Assembly: GCA_021802705.1 (NCBI GenBank)
Contig: JAJZRL010000004.1
Coordinates: 13,862-77,861 of the forward strand
Direction: 5' to 3'
Source of the DNA: a bacterium
GTDB lineage: Bacteria > Patescibacteriota > Minisyncoccia > Phycocordibacterales > Phycocordibacteraceae
Length of the DNA: 64,000 nt
Below, one piece after another: positions 32,036 to 41,614 of the stretch; position 1 is the first letter of the stretch, and every line of letters starts with the position of its first letter. The translations under genes were made by a program, and so were the position numbers. The notes under the pieces are model-generated. The model made no database searches. It was not told the origin of the DNA and was given only the letters and a program-made list of their open reading frames with translations.

Positions 32036-33652
32036 ATGCCACGATCGGCTGTCAAGACGAACAAGCTGAGCATTTATATGATCAAGCCGCAGTTTCAGCG
32101 GCTTGAAGAAATCGTTAACACGACAAGCGACCCTGTCGAGATCGAGGGCGTCGGCCATTTCTTCTACGAGCGATCAGCCCCTCGTGCACCCGCATGGTTG
32201 CGTTCATTTTTCGGGAGCACGCTCGATAGCATCGACGGCATCCTGAGCTCGAGCGCAAAGGGCGTGCTCGTGGTTCCCGTGCGCGACGGGGACGGGACGG
32301 TACATTCCGCGCTTCCGTTCGGCGTCGGTCGGCATCTCCTGCGAGACGACGTTACCGAAGAACGATTCGGCCTCAAGGTCGTTCTCAATTCGGTGGATCC
32401 CGAGAGCCTGCGCAGCATCGATAAGACCACGCTCGGGACGGTACCGAAGCATAGCCGCGAGCAGATGAGCCGCGAAGTGAACGCAAGTGAGTTCGGAATC
32501 GACGTCGATCAGGATCTTCTCACTGCCGTCACGGCGAAATCGCTTGATGAGCGGCTAGGCAAGATGCCGAGCGGGAAAGACGCGCTTAGCCTTAACGTGC
32601 AGGTGTGCGCCGACGGCATTGTCGACCTGCTCCAGCATTGCCTGGCGCGCTATCGCAGCGACGAGTACAAAAAGACCTTTGGCTGGATAGACCAAATCGC
32701 CGAGGTGCGCGATCGCGAGAAAATCGCAGCTCTCAAAGCGAGGCTTGCTGAAAAGCTCGTCGCCGGAGACCTCACTAAGATTTGGATGGCCGTACCCGAG
32801 GTCGTCGACTGGGAGGACGTTCAGGGGTTTCGGTACTTTACGCCGAAGCGAGGCGAGCTTCTGAACGACATTGGTATGGAGTCGTTTCTACACAGAGTCG
32901 ATGACCGCCCAATTACGGCAGAGATGCTGGAAGATGAAATGGTCTACATGATATCGACTCGTACCGGTGAATGGTCGTCACGCTGGACGGCCTACCGTTG
33001 CACGTATGCTGAGATCGAACACGACGGGAAGCTTTACATACTAAATAACGGCCAGTGGTACGAAATTGATAAGGACTTCACTGACTCCGTCCTGGCCGGA
33101 TACCACAGCCTGCCACGTTCGACGACGGTTCTCCCGGACTACGCGCAAGCGACCGAAGGAGCGTACAACCGCGCGGTCGCGACATCTCTCGGGCTGTGCT
33201 GCATGGATAACGACCCGATTGTTCACGGCGGCGGGCGAAGCAAAATCGAGTTCTGCGACCTCCTTACGCCAGACAAGAAAATAATTCACGTGAAGCGATA
33301 TGGCGGCTCGAGTCCTCTCAGCCACCTGTTCGCGCAAGGAGTCGTATCCGGTGAGCTGTTCGCGAGTGACGCGGAATTTCGCAGGAAGGTTAACGATAGG
33401 CTCCCCGACGCATACAAGCTCGCGAATCCAGATACTCGTCCGAAGGCTGGCGAGTACGAGGTCGTCTACGCAATCATCAGCCATTCCGACGCCGACCTCG
33501 ATATCCCATTCTTCAGCAAGGTCAGTCTTAAGAACGCGAGGAGCCGCCTCGAGTTCTGCGGCTATAATGTCAGCCTTAAGAAGGTCGGGAAAGTTAAGCC
33601 GATGAGAGTAGCTGCCGCCGTTGCTGCTGAAGTACCATCGGTCGCCACCTAA
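32036..33652 (+). CDS. TIGR04141/DUF6119-like sporadically distributed protein with a C-terminal nuclease-like motif
   Basis: Motifs FGLKVVLN, EFCDLL...IHVKR, SHLFAQG and PFFSKVSL. Confidence 0.75.
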   Translation: MPRSAVKTNKLSIYMIKPQFQRLEEIVNTTSDPVEIEGVGHFFYERSAPRAPAWLRSFFGSTLDSIDGILSSSAKGVLVVPVRDGDGTVHSALPFGVGRHLLRDDVTEERFGLKVVLNSVDPESLRSIDKTTLGTVPKHSREQMSREVNASEFGIDVDQDLLTAVTAKSLDERLGKMPSGKDALSLNVQVCADGIVDLLQHCLARYRSDEYKKTFGWIDQIAEVRDREKIAALKARLAEKLVAGDLTKIWMAVPEVVDWEDVQGFRYFTPKRGELLNDIGMESFLHRVDDRPITAEMLEDEMVYMISTRTGEWSSRWTAYRCTYAEIEHDGKLYILNNGQWYEIDKDFTDSVLAGYHSLPRSTTVLPDYAQATEGAYNRAVATSLGLCCMDNDPIVHGGGRSKIEFCDLLTPDKKIIHVKRYGGSSPLSHLFAQGVVSGELFASDAEFRRKVNDRLPDAYKLANPDTRPKAGEYEVVYAIISHSDADLDIPFFSKVSLKNARSRLEFCGYNVSLKKVGKVKPMRVAAAVAAEVPSVAT

Positions 33653-33700
33653 CATCTTCGTTAGATTGACATTGTATTTCTAGGGACGTACGTTTACGTC

Positions 33701-34696
33701 ATGAAGCCTGACGTGAAGCTCGCAACACTTAAGAACAACCGCAGACAGATCGTACAGCTCCTTGAGGAGCTGGTACTTGCGCCGCGCGTGAACGCACTCA
33801 AGTGGTCGGCCATCACCAAGCAGACTCCAAACATAAAGGTCGGATATCCCGGCCAGCATCTTGCGTCGCTTATTACCGGCATGCCCGGCGAACGGACAGG
33901 TGCTCGAGGGAATGACCTCGTTGATGGATCGGAAGTGAAGTCGTGCTCCCGCATTGACCAGCTCGATGTGTGCAAGAAATGTGGCGCCTCAGTTGCCCGC
34001 AGCGAAACCGAGTGCAGCGCCTGTGGCTCCACCGATATCATTCGCAAAGACGATTCGAAGTGGCTCTTTACGATTCGGAGCGAGGATGATTTACGAGTGC
34101 TCGTGAAGGACGTGAATCGCGTCATGCTTCTCATCGGCGACTACCCAAACTTCGAGAAAGGCGATTACTCAACACTGCGCTTCCAGGCATTTGAGATATG
34201 GACGCATAGCTCACGCAACGCACGCTTCGTCGAGCTTATGACGAACTATTACCGCAAAATCTATCTTGCCCACAAGAAAAGGAATCCGGCGAAGACGCCT
34301 GCACCCAAGAACTTCTGGCCGTTCTCATATCAGTTCTACCTCTGCAACCCAATCCTTGTGTTCGCGTGTACCGTCACGGCGGCCGACACTAATCCGAAGA
34401 TAAAAATCGACCACTATGTTGAACCGACGACGGATCGTTCGAAACTCGAGTCCGTCCCAATGCCCGTGACCTTGCTTAACGAGCAAGAGCTGGCCATTCT
34501 TTTTAAGAAAGCTAAGCCAGCCGAGCTTCAGAAGTGTCTCGTGCCAGGCGCCTCCGTAAAAGGCATGACGCTCGGACGATTCGGCGCTTCACTGAAGTAC
34601 GTTGATGAGCGTCTCCGTAGCTATCTGCCGCTTCGAGATACCGACCGTATCGCTACCGCCAAAGTCGCTTACGTACGACGTCGGAACGGTAGCTAA
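33701..34696 (+). CDS. Type II restriction endonuclease, MamI-family-like
   Basis: GQHLASLITG...GARGNDLVDGSEVKSCSRIDQL; convergent with an MTase. Confidence 0.75.
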   Translation: MKPDVKLATLKNNRRQIVQLLEELVLAPRVNALKWSAITKQTPNIKVGYPGQHLASLITGMPGERTGARGNDLVDGSEVKSCSRIDQLDVCKKCGASVARSETECSACGSTDIIRKDDSKWLFTIRSEDDLRVLVKDVNRVMLLIGDYPNFEKGDYSTLRFQAFEIWTHSSRNARFVELMTNYYRKIYLAHKKRNPAKTPAPKNFWPFSYQFYLCNPILVFACTVTAADTNPKIKIDHYVEPTTDRSKLESVPMPVTLLNEQELAILFKKAKPAELQKCLVPGASVKGMTLGRFGASLKYVDERLRSYLPLRDTDRIATAKVAYVRRRNGS

Positions 34697-35646
34697 ATCA
34701 GCTTCTGCTGCACCCTGAGCGCTTCAAGGCGTTCGTTCGCAGCCTTTACATACGCAGGCTCGACTTCGATTCCAATAAACGGCCGGTTGAGTTCTGTTGC
34801 CGCGAGCGCCGTCGATCCAGCCCCAAGGAAAGGATCCAAAACGACCATTCCTTCATGCGTGCTGGCATTGATGATGCGTTTTATGAGCTCGATCGGTTTT
34901 TGCGTTGGGTGATAGCGCTCCTCTTTGTAGAAGTCGAAGTCGCGCCATACGTCCGTAACCCCCATCTCGATGTTGAAAGTCTGACCGATGTCTTCATATG
35001 GATATTTAAATTCCAGGGCTTCTTGCAACCGGTCCCACATTTCTCGAGTAGGAACTTGTGCGAGGATGTTTTCACCCGTATAGAGCGACCATACGCCGCC
35101 GCCGTTCACTTTCACCCCAAGTCGCTTATTAATTTCGAGGGCCGTCAAGCCAAGTTCCTGCTGCCGCTCCTTCAGCATCTGTTTGATAAACGGCTTGCTG
35201 TCGAATATGAAAAAGAGAAGACTCTCCGTCGCGTTCGGAAACATTTTATAGCCGCGCGTCGCCCTGCCTCCAAGCGCTTTCACTCCCTTGTCTATGACGA
35301 CCTGCTGCCGGAAAACGAATCCGAGATCGAGGATGTCTTTGTAGAGGTAAACGAGATTTCGTAGGTACCCGAATAGATAGAGACTGCCAGAAAGCTTTAT
35401 CACTCTCGATAGTTCCTGGAACCACTCGAAGCACCACTTTGCGTAGTCGCTCTCGGTGCGCCACTGATAATCCCAGTGCTCTTTGGCGACCTTCCAATAG
35501 GGCGGATCAAGAATAATCAGGTCAACACTGCGATCTGGAAGTTTCTTCAACTCCTCGACGCAGTCGCCCAAGATAATTTGATTCAGCGGAAGCTGAGTCT
35601 TAAGTTTTTGGCCTTTTCGTTGTGTCGCTTGGGCAGCCATTTGCAT
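34693..35646 (-). CDS. Beta-class N4/N6 DNA methyltransferase (cognate RM MTase)
   Basis: Motifs DPPY, HPTQKP and DPFLGAGS. Confidence 0.92.
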   Translation of the reverse strand: MQMAAQATQRKGQKLKTQLPLNQIILGDCVEELKKLPDRSVDLIILDPPYWKVAKEHWDYQWRTESDYAKWCFEWFQELSRVIKLSGSLYLFGYLRNLVYLYKDILDLGFVFRQQVVIDKGVKALGGRATRGYKMFPNATESLLFFIFDSKPFIKQMLKERQQELGLTALEINKRLGVKVNGGGVWSLYTGENILAQVPTREMWDRLQEALEFKYPYEDIGQTFNIEMGVTDVWRDFDFYKEERYHPTQKPIELIKRIINASTHEGMVVLDPFLGAGSTALAATELNRPFIGIEVEPAYVKAANERLEALRVQQKLI

Positions 35647-35690
35647 AGATTATTGCGCATTTACTCCAGTTGATAAAGTCGCCCCGCATG

Positions 35691-35725
35691 ACAAGGAATG
35701 ACGCGGCTCTCCTTGAATGTCCAGA
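35691..35725 (-). promoter_or_regulatory. Bipartite motif, copy 2
   Basis: acaaggaatgacgc-N14-gtccaga upstream of the MTase gene. Confidence 0.65.
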
Positions 35726-35800
35726 GCGCTGTTCCGATCCTTGTCCCCAGCGAGTAAGGTCTCGATCGGGCGCCCGCCCGGCCCGTAACCCTGAAATCAC

Positions 35801-36934
35801 ATGGAAAAGACCCTTACCTACGCCGAATACCAGGCTCGGCTTAAAAACGTGCGCACCCCAGAGGACGCCGCCGCCCTCGCCGAAGAGCTGACCGCCTCCG
35901 CGCTCGCCGCTATCCCGCAGGCCGAGCCGGAGGAGGAAGCCCCGGCCCCGAAGGCGAAATACAAGCGCCGTCTTGGCATCCCCGCGATCGACAAAGACGA
36001 CCTTGCCTTCGCTCCGTGGTACGACGTGGTCGCCAACGACAACGAAGCGATGGTCATCACCCTATACGCCAAGGGCCTCACAACCCGCGACATCTCGCGG
36101 TACATGAAGGCGCATCACGGCGTCGACATCTCCCAGCCTGGCGTCTCATCGATCACGGACAAAGTGTTCCCGCTCGTTAAAGAATGGCAGGCGCGCCCGC
36201 TCTCCGCGATGTACCCGATCGTGTATCTGGACGGCATTCACTTCAAGGTCCGCGATGCGGGGAAGATAGCGTCGAAAGTCGCGTACATCGCGCTCGGCAT
36301 CAATCCGTACGGCATTAAAGAAGTGCTCGGCATCTGGGTGACCGATACGGAGGGCGCGAAGTATTGGATGCACGTCCTGAATGACCTCAAAAATCGAGGC
36401 GTCGACGACATCCTCATCGCGTGCGTTGACGGCCTCAAGGGATTCCCTGAGGCGATCAAGGCGGTGTACCCGAACACGGACGTACAGGTGTGCATCGCGC
36501 ACCAGATCCGGAACACCATGAAGTTCCTGCCGTTCCACGATCGCGAGGCCTTCTGCAAAGACCTCAAACTCGTGTACACGGCGGCGAATGCCGAAGCGGG
36601 CCGCGAAGCGCTGGATGAGGTGAAGGAGAAATGGCCTCAATACCGGCCGTACCTCCGCAGCTGGGAAGAAAAGTGGTCGGATCTCGCCACCTTCTTCGAG
36701 TATCCGGCTCCGGTTCGCCGCATGATCTACACGACGAACATGATCGAGAACCTGAACCGGCAGTTCCGGAAGGTGACGAAGACGACCAACGTCTTCCCGC
36801 ACGACGACTCGCTCGTGAAGCTCCTCTGGCTCGCGCAGTCGGACTTCTCGAAGGCTCGTTCCATGGCGCTTCGCAATTGGAGCGAGATCATGGCACAGCT
36901 TTCCGTCCTCTTTGAGGACCGCGTGCGGTTCTAG
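35801..36934 (+). CDS. IS256-family (Mutator) DDE transposase
   Basis: Motifs YAKGLTTRDI, VYLDG, DGLKGF, QVCIAHQIRN and YTTNMIE. Confidence 0.9.
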   Translation: MEKTLTYAEYQARLKNVRTPEDAAALAEELTASALAAIPQAEPEEEAPAPKAKYKRRLGIPAIDKDDLAFAPWYDVVANDNEAMVITLYAKGLTTRDISRYMKAHHGVDISQPGVSSITDKVFPLVKEWQARPLSAMYPIVYLDGIHFKVRDAGKIASKVAYIALGINPYGIKEVLGIWVTDTEGAKYWMHVLNDLKNRGVDDILIACVDGLKGFPEAIKAVYPNTDVQVCIAHQIRNTMKFLPFHDREAFCKDLKLVYTAANAEAGREALDEVKEKWPQYRPYLRSWEEKWSDLATFFEYPAPVRRMIYTTNMIENLNRQFRKVTKTTNVFPHDDSLVKLLWLAQSDFSKARSMALRNWSEIMAQLSVLFEDRVRF

Positions 36935-37029
36935 CAGATCTCTATTAACCAACGGCCGGGCAGGGCTCCCGCCGAATGCCGCTGAGAGCGGCATTCGCGC
37001 TCCCGGCCCAGCAAGCGTATAGTGCCGCT

Positions 37030-37266
37030 ATGCGAGAAAAGGAGTGGTACAGAAAAACGCCCGAGGAGAAAATCGCCTCGTTTTTCCTGATGCTCGGCTA
37101 CGGTCTTTTCATGATGGTTTGGGTCCCGATAAAGTGGATCGGGGCTGGGCTCTGGAAACTCGCCAGTGACGTTGCGAAGGGCACCTACGGGCGGCTGGTC
37201 AATTGGGTCGCCGGGATTTTATTTATCGCAATCGCAGGTTGGATCGTAACGGTAGTCGCTCATTAA
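37030..37266 (+). CDS. Small membrane protein
   Basis: Two hydrophobic segments; abuts the next gene. Confidence 0.55.
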   Translation: MREKEWYRKTPEEKIASFFLMLGYGLFMMVWVPIKWIGAGLWKLASDVAKGTYGRLVNWVAGILFIAIAGWIVTVVAH

Positions 37267-37272
37267 AATCCT

Positions 37273-38772
37273 ATGGCAACCCTGATCTCCAAAACGACCT
37301 TCTTGGAGTTTCTTATGTGCCCAAAGAATATTTGGCTAAAAATCCATAAGCCCGAACTGATAGACCTTTTTGGCCTATCGCCATTTGAACTTCAGTTGGC
37401 CGAGCAAGGCAATGAGGTTGAGGAGTGGGCCCGCAAACTCTTCCCACAAGGAGTGCTTGTCACGCAAACCGGGGACGGTGCCGTCGAAGAAACGCAGCAT
37501 CTCATGGCTGCCGAGACGCCTGCGATTTTTCAGGCAACTTTCGTGGTCGACGGCTTTATTGCGAAAAACGATGTGCTGGCGTACGACAAGAAAAATCAGA
37601 GATGGGACCTCTACGAAATTAAGGGCACGAATTCGATAAAAGAGGACGGCGGCGATCGCGACCATATCGACGACCTCGCATTCCAGGCATCCGTCCTGAG
37701 GCGCGCGGGAATCTCGACGGGTCGTTATTTCCTGATCCACCTCAATAAGGATTACATTCGTGCGGGGGACCTCGAAATAGACCAGCTCTTCCTCGTCGAG
37801 GATATGACGGAGAAAATCACGGCCCGCCTCCCTCAGGTGGAGGAGCAGATGGAGGCCGCTCGCGTGCACCTAACGAAAGAAACCGAGCCGATGGTCGGGT
37901 GCGACTGTATATACGCAGGTCGGAGTTCGCACTGCTCCACATTCAAATACTCGAATCCTCAGGTACCCGAATATTCAATCCATGATCTTGCCCGAATCGG
38001 CAACAGCAAGAAGAAGCTCAAGATCATGGTCGAACGCGGCGCCGTCGATCTCAGGGATATCCCCGAGGATGTGGAGTTGAGCGACATTCAAAAGAACCAG
38101 GTGCGTGTACATCTCACGCAGACACCCATTGTCGATGTCGATGAAATCAAGAAGGAACTCGAGGCGCTGACCTTCCCGTTGTACTTCCTCGACTACGAAA
38201 CCTTCGCTCCTGCAATTCCGATGTTCGGTGGCTACGGGCCGTATGACCGGATTCCATTCCAGTTCTCCCTTCATATTCTCCGCGATCCAAACTCGGAGCC
38301 GGAGCATGTCGAATATCTTCATCTAGACCGTTCAGATCCCTCTCAACCGGTCGCCGAGTTGCTCGCAAAACACATACAGCCGGGTGGCACTGTTATCGCC
38401 TGGAACAAGGGGTTCGAGCAGGGAGTCAATAAGGAGCTTGCGGTTCGTAAATCCGAATACGCTCAACCGCTCGAGCAGATCAACGCGCAGATGTATGACC
38501 TTCGCGACATTTTCCATAAGCAACATTATGTACATCCGGAATTTAAGGGGAAAACCTCTATCAAGAAAGTCCTCCCTCCGCTCGTGCCAGGGGTGCGACA
38601 CGCCGATCTAAACATCAAAGAAGGCGGTCAGGCATCTGACGCCTGGTCACAGATGATCGCGCCTGCCACTTCGCCGGGAGAGCGCGAGAAAATCGCTCAG
38701 GATCTTTTGACGTACTGTGGTCTCGATACGTATGCGATGTTCCAGATCTGGAAACATCTCGCCGAGCTTTAA
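37273..38772 (+). CDS. DUF2779-domain protein (RecB-like nuclease plus RNase H-like domain)
   Basis: Motifs D...LYEIK, DLAFQ, FLDYET, PFQFSLH, SIKKVLP and YCGLDT. Confidence 0.85.
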   Translation: MATLISKTTFLEFLMCPKNIWLKIHKPELIDLFGLSPFELQLAEQGNEVEEWARKLFPQGVLVTQTGDGAVEETQHLMAAETPAIFQATFVVDGFIAKNDVLAYDKKNQRWDLYEIKGTNSIKEDGGDRDHIDDLAFQASVLRRAGISTGRYFLIHLNKDYIRAGDLEIDQLFLVEDMTEKITARLPQVEEQMEAARVHLTKETEPMVGCDCIYAGRSSHCSTFKYSNPQVPEYSIHDLARIGNSKKKLKIMVERGAVDLRDIPEDVELSDIQKNQVRVHLTQTPIVDVDEIKKELEALTFPLYFLDYETFAPAIPMFGGYGPYDRIPFQFSLHILRDPNSEPEHVEYLHLDRSDPSQPVAELLAKHIQPGGTVIAWNKGFEQGVNKELAVRKSEYAQPLEQINAQMYDLRDIFHKQHYVHPEFKGKTSIKKVLPPLVPGVRHADLNIKEGGQASDAWSQMIAPATSPGEREKIAQDLLTYCGLDTYAMFQIWKHLAEL

Positions 38773-38870
38773 TCGGCATGCGAAGGAGCTCTTTTGCTGA
38801 TTTGTAGGTAAGCCCCTTCGCAAGGCCGCCATTCTAAGCTACCCTTAAGAGACTAGCCCCGTGCTAGTAC

Positions 38871-39004
38871 GACCTAAACCAATGGCCCTGGCCGCTGGCA
38901 TGGTCGAAAATCGCATCGAACCTAGAAAACCCGTCATCAGGGCGTTCGATGCGTTATACGGGGAAACTCGTATAGGCCCGCAAGGGCTCCTGGTGGCGGG
39001 TTTT
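38871..39004 (+). ncRNA. Putative structured RNA (tetraloop receptor, pseudoknot, multibranch junction), copy 1
   Basis: Five helices, all conserved with compensatory changes in copy 2 (54383-54530); GAAA/GCAA loops; G-U pairs on the + strand. Confidence 0.8.
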
Positions 39005-39045
39005 GTGGCACCCGTCCGACAGGATTTATTCGTTAGCAACCCTGT

Positions 39046-39612
39046 ATGGACTCGCAAGAAAAACCGACGAAGAAGTTTTACAAGCAATGGTGGTTCTGGG
39101 TGATCGTCGTGCTCGTCCTCGCCGTCATAGGCGAGAGCGGCGGCTCGAAGACTTCCGATCAGACGACCGCGCAGACGGAAGCCGTGCCGACGACGCAGTC
39201 CGCGCCCGCCGAGACGGCGAGTGCCCCGGCGCAAACCGCCGCAGCTCCCGCGAAGCAGACGGCTCCCGCCAAGACGACGACCGCGTCCGTTCCGGCCCCA
39301 GCATCCGCGCCAGCCTCAGCCCCGCACGTTCCCGTCGTCCTGCTCCAAGTGAGCGGCAACGGGCAGAAATCCACGCAGACTTTCACCGCGCCCTCGAACT
39401 GGACGATGGACTACACGTACGACTGTTCTTCGTTCGGGATGCGCGGCAACTTCCAGGTGTACGTGTATAACGCGAACGGCACCATGGCGCTCCTCTCGGG
39501 CCCGAACGAGCTCGGCACCTCCGGCTCCGACACCGAGTACTACCACCAAGGCGGCCAGTTCTACCTCGAGGTCAACTCCGAGTGCAGCTGGACGATCACG
39601 GCGAAGGGGTAG
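39046..39612 (+). CDS. Membrane-anchored extracellular protein (KKFYKQWWFW anchor, Ala/Pro/Thr linker)
   Basis: N-terminus homologous to 54569-55042. Confidence 0.85.
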   Translation: MDSQEKPTKKFYKQWWFWVIVVLVLAVIGESGGSKTSDQTTAQTEAVPTTQSAPAETASAPAQTAAAPAKQTAPAKTTTASVPAPASAPASAPHVPVVLLQVSGNGQKSTQTFTAPSNWTMDYTYDCSSFGMRGNFQVYVYNANGTMALLSGPNELGTSGSDTEYYHQGGQFYLEVNSECSWTITAKG

Positions 39613-39723
39613 GCCGCTACCAAATCCTTCCGCGATAGACCGTGTGCCAAAGGTGCTCGTCGGTAAGCCAAGCGAGAGGATCTATCTTCTTCGGCGGAAC
39701 GGGACGACGACGCGGTGTCTTGT

Positions 39724-41196
39724 TCATATCACGAAGATGCGCGGCACCCACGGCGGGTCCTCGGTCATCGAGAGTGCGAGCGTCGTAAACGCGTCGGCGA
39801 GGTCGTCGTGCTTCTCGACGCCGAAGTGGACGATCTGCCGGATGAGCTCTTCCGCTCCCGTGCGCGGGAACAGAATTGTGCCGTTCCGGATCATGTTTGC
39901 CGTGAGAATGAGTCGCGTGCGCTTGTCCTGGCTGCCCGGCCTGGTGGTGCGCACGTCGTGCAGCCCTTCTTTCTCGAGTTGTTGCGGAAGCGCTTTTTGG
40001 TACGCAACGTCCTCGACCACGAAGGCAGGATATCGGCCGTCGCTCTCGTAGTAGCTGTCCTCGAGCGTCTTGCAGAGGTCGACGGTCTCCGGGAACGAGA
40101 GACGGCGATTGATGATTTTCGGGAGAATATACAGTCGATAGCCCTCGCGCGTTTCGTAGAGCAGGCCTGGCACCATCGCCGTGTAGTCGGCAGTATCACG
40201 TTTCGAGATTGCGAGGTCGACGGCGATACGCACCACCATATTCGATCTGTACTTTCCTTCGAAAAGCGGCAGAGGCGGCGGGATTTCGTCGTAGTAGTGG
40301 ATCCACGCTGGGTCGATGGCCTGGTCCTCGGCGGGAACGATGTTAAGGAGGTATTCGCGTTGCCACGCATATTCGTTCGCGGCTTTTGCTTTCTCATCCT
40401 CGACATCCGCCATGGTCGGATACTTACCGAGCCAGGCGATGACGCCGTCTTTCACGAGAGGATATGCGCGGAACTCTCCCTTTATCCGACCCTTGTCCAT
40501 GTCGTCCTTGAGCCGCATAAGGGTCGAGTCTTCGTGGAGCAGGTTTCCGACGATTACCATGCGCGTATCGCGGTCTCCCGCCGGGACAACTTCGCCCGTG
40601 AGCCATTGGTACGTCTTATCGCGCCCTTCGCGCGTTTTCGTCGAAGCGATGTCCTCGAGGTCATCGCCGACGATGAGATCGGGACGGTGCTGGTTGTGGC
40701 GGAGTCCGCGAATGGCCTGCTCGGTCGAGACGGCGGTGATCCGCGCGTTTAAGCGCGAGAACACGAGCGAGGACGAACCCCATTCATTTTGCTCCTCTTG
40801 GAAGGGGCCGAGGTCATTCTTCAAGAGGTGATTGCCCTCGAGTTCGCGACGCAAGTTCATCATGTGCTGTTTCGCTTGCGCTTGCGTTTGGCACAGGAGG
40901 AGCACGAACTTCTTTTCGTGTTCGCCGAGGATCGCCCATATCGGGTACGACGTGGTGAATATCGTCGATTTTGCCGACCCGCGAAACGCGACAATGAGAA
41001 GGTTGCGCACCTCCCGATCTTCCGAAAGCCGGAACATTTCATGCTGAAACTTCGCCGTCGGATATCTCACGTAGTGCGCGAAGTAGAAGTGGAAGAACAT
41101 GAAGTGGCTCTTCCGCGTTATCGCCGCGCGGATTTTCCGGTCGCGGAACATCTTGTCCGCGAGGTCAGGCGGCAGGCCGGTCGGTTGAGGGTCCAT
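39724..41196 (-). CDS. terL: Phage terminase large subunit
   Basis: Walker A FRGSAKST, Walker B VGDDLED, nuclease motifs AVDLA and HDDLADA. Confidence 0.88.
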   Translation of the reverse strand: MDPQPTGLPPDLADKMFRDRKIRAAITRKSHFMFFHFYFAHYVRYPTAKFQHEMFRLSEDREVRNLLIVAFRGSAKSTIFTTSYPIWAILGEHEKKFVLLLCQTQAQAKQHMMNLRRELEGNHLLKNDLGPFQEEQNEWGSSSLVFSRLNARITAVSTEQAIRGLRHNQHRPDLIVGDDLEDIASTKTREGRDKTYQWLTGEVVPAGDRDTRMVIVGNLLHEDSTLMRLKDDMDKGRIKGEFRAYPLVKDGVIAWLGKYPTMADVEDEKAKAANEYAWQREYLLNIVPAEDQAIDPAWIHYYDEIPPPLPLFEGKYRSNMVVRIAVDLAISKRDTADYTAMVPGLLYETREGYRLYILPKIINRRLSFPETVDLCKTLEDSYYESDGRYPAFVVEDVAYQKALPQQLEKEGLHDVRTTRPGSQDKRTRLILTANMIRNGTILFPRTGAEELIRQIVHFGVEKHDDLADAFTTLALSMTEDPPWVPRIFVI

Positions 41197-41614
41197 GGGG
41201 TTCGGGGTTAGCAGTCGGCGTCTCGGTGTCGGCAGCTTCGAGCGGCAAGGAGGCCAAGCGCAGCGCCTCTTTCACCACCGCTTCCTGTTCAGGAGACAGC
41301 TCGTCTTGCGGCGGTGCGGCTGCGACGACCTCGAGACGGTCGCGGAACTTCGGGTTGCGCTTCCTAAGCCAAAACGAGATGGCGTGCCAGTTCTTTTCTT
41401 TCATGAGCGTGAGGAGTTGCGATTCGCCCATATCGTTCACGATCGCTTCGCCCTCGGCGAGCGCCTCGTCCATCGCTTTCGCGAACTCCGGATCCTCCTT
41501 GCGCCAGCGGTACACGCTGTTACGGGCGATCCCGACCTTCTCGCATGCGACCTGTACGATCGGGATTTTGCGCAGCTGCTCGAGGAAGATGTCTTGGGTG
41601 CGGTCCTTTTTCAT
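41165..41614 (-). CDS. Terminase small subunit-like HTH protein
   Basis: ACEKVGIARNSVYRWRKEDPEF HTH; immediately upstream of terL. Confidence 0.8.
   Translation of the reverse strand: MKKDRTQDIFLEQLRKIPIVQVACEKVGIARNSVYRWRKEDPEFAKAMDEALAEGEAIVNDMGESQLLTLMKEKNWHAISFWLRKRNPKFRDRLEVVAAAPPQDELSPEQEAVVKEALRLASLPLEAADTETPTANPEPHGPSTDRPAA

Noticed and set aside
38806-38905. c-di-GMP-I riboswitch resemblance (ggcaa, cgcaaagc, cctaaacc)
   Set aside because: The GAAA-capped P2 that should precede the receptor is missing and the spacing differs between copies; only the receptor motif is shared
38912-39004. HDV-like or hammerhead ribozyme
   Set aside because: No P3/L3 between the crossing helices and no CUGAnGA core
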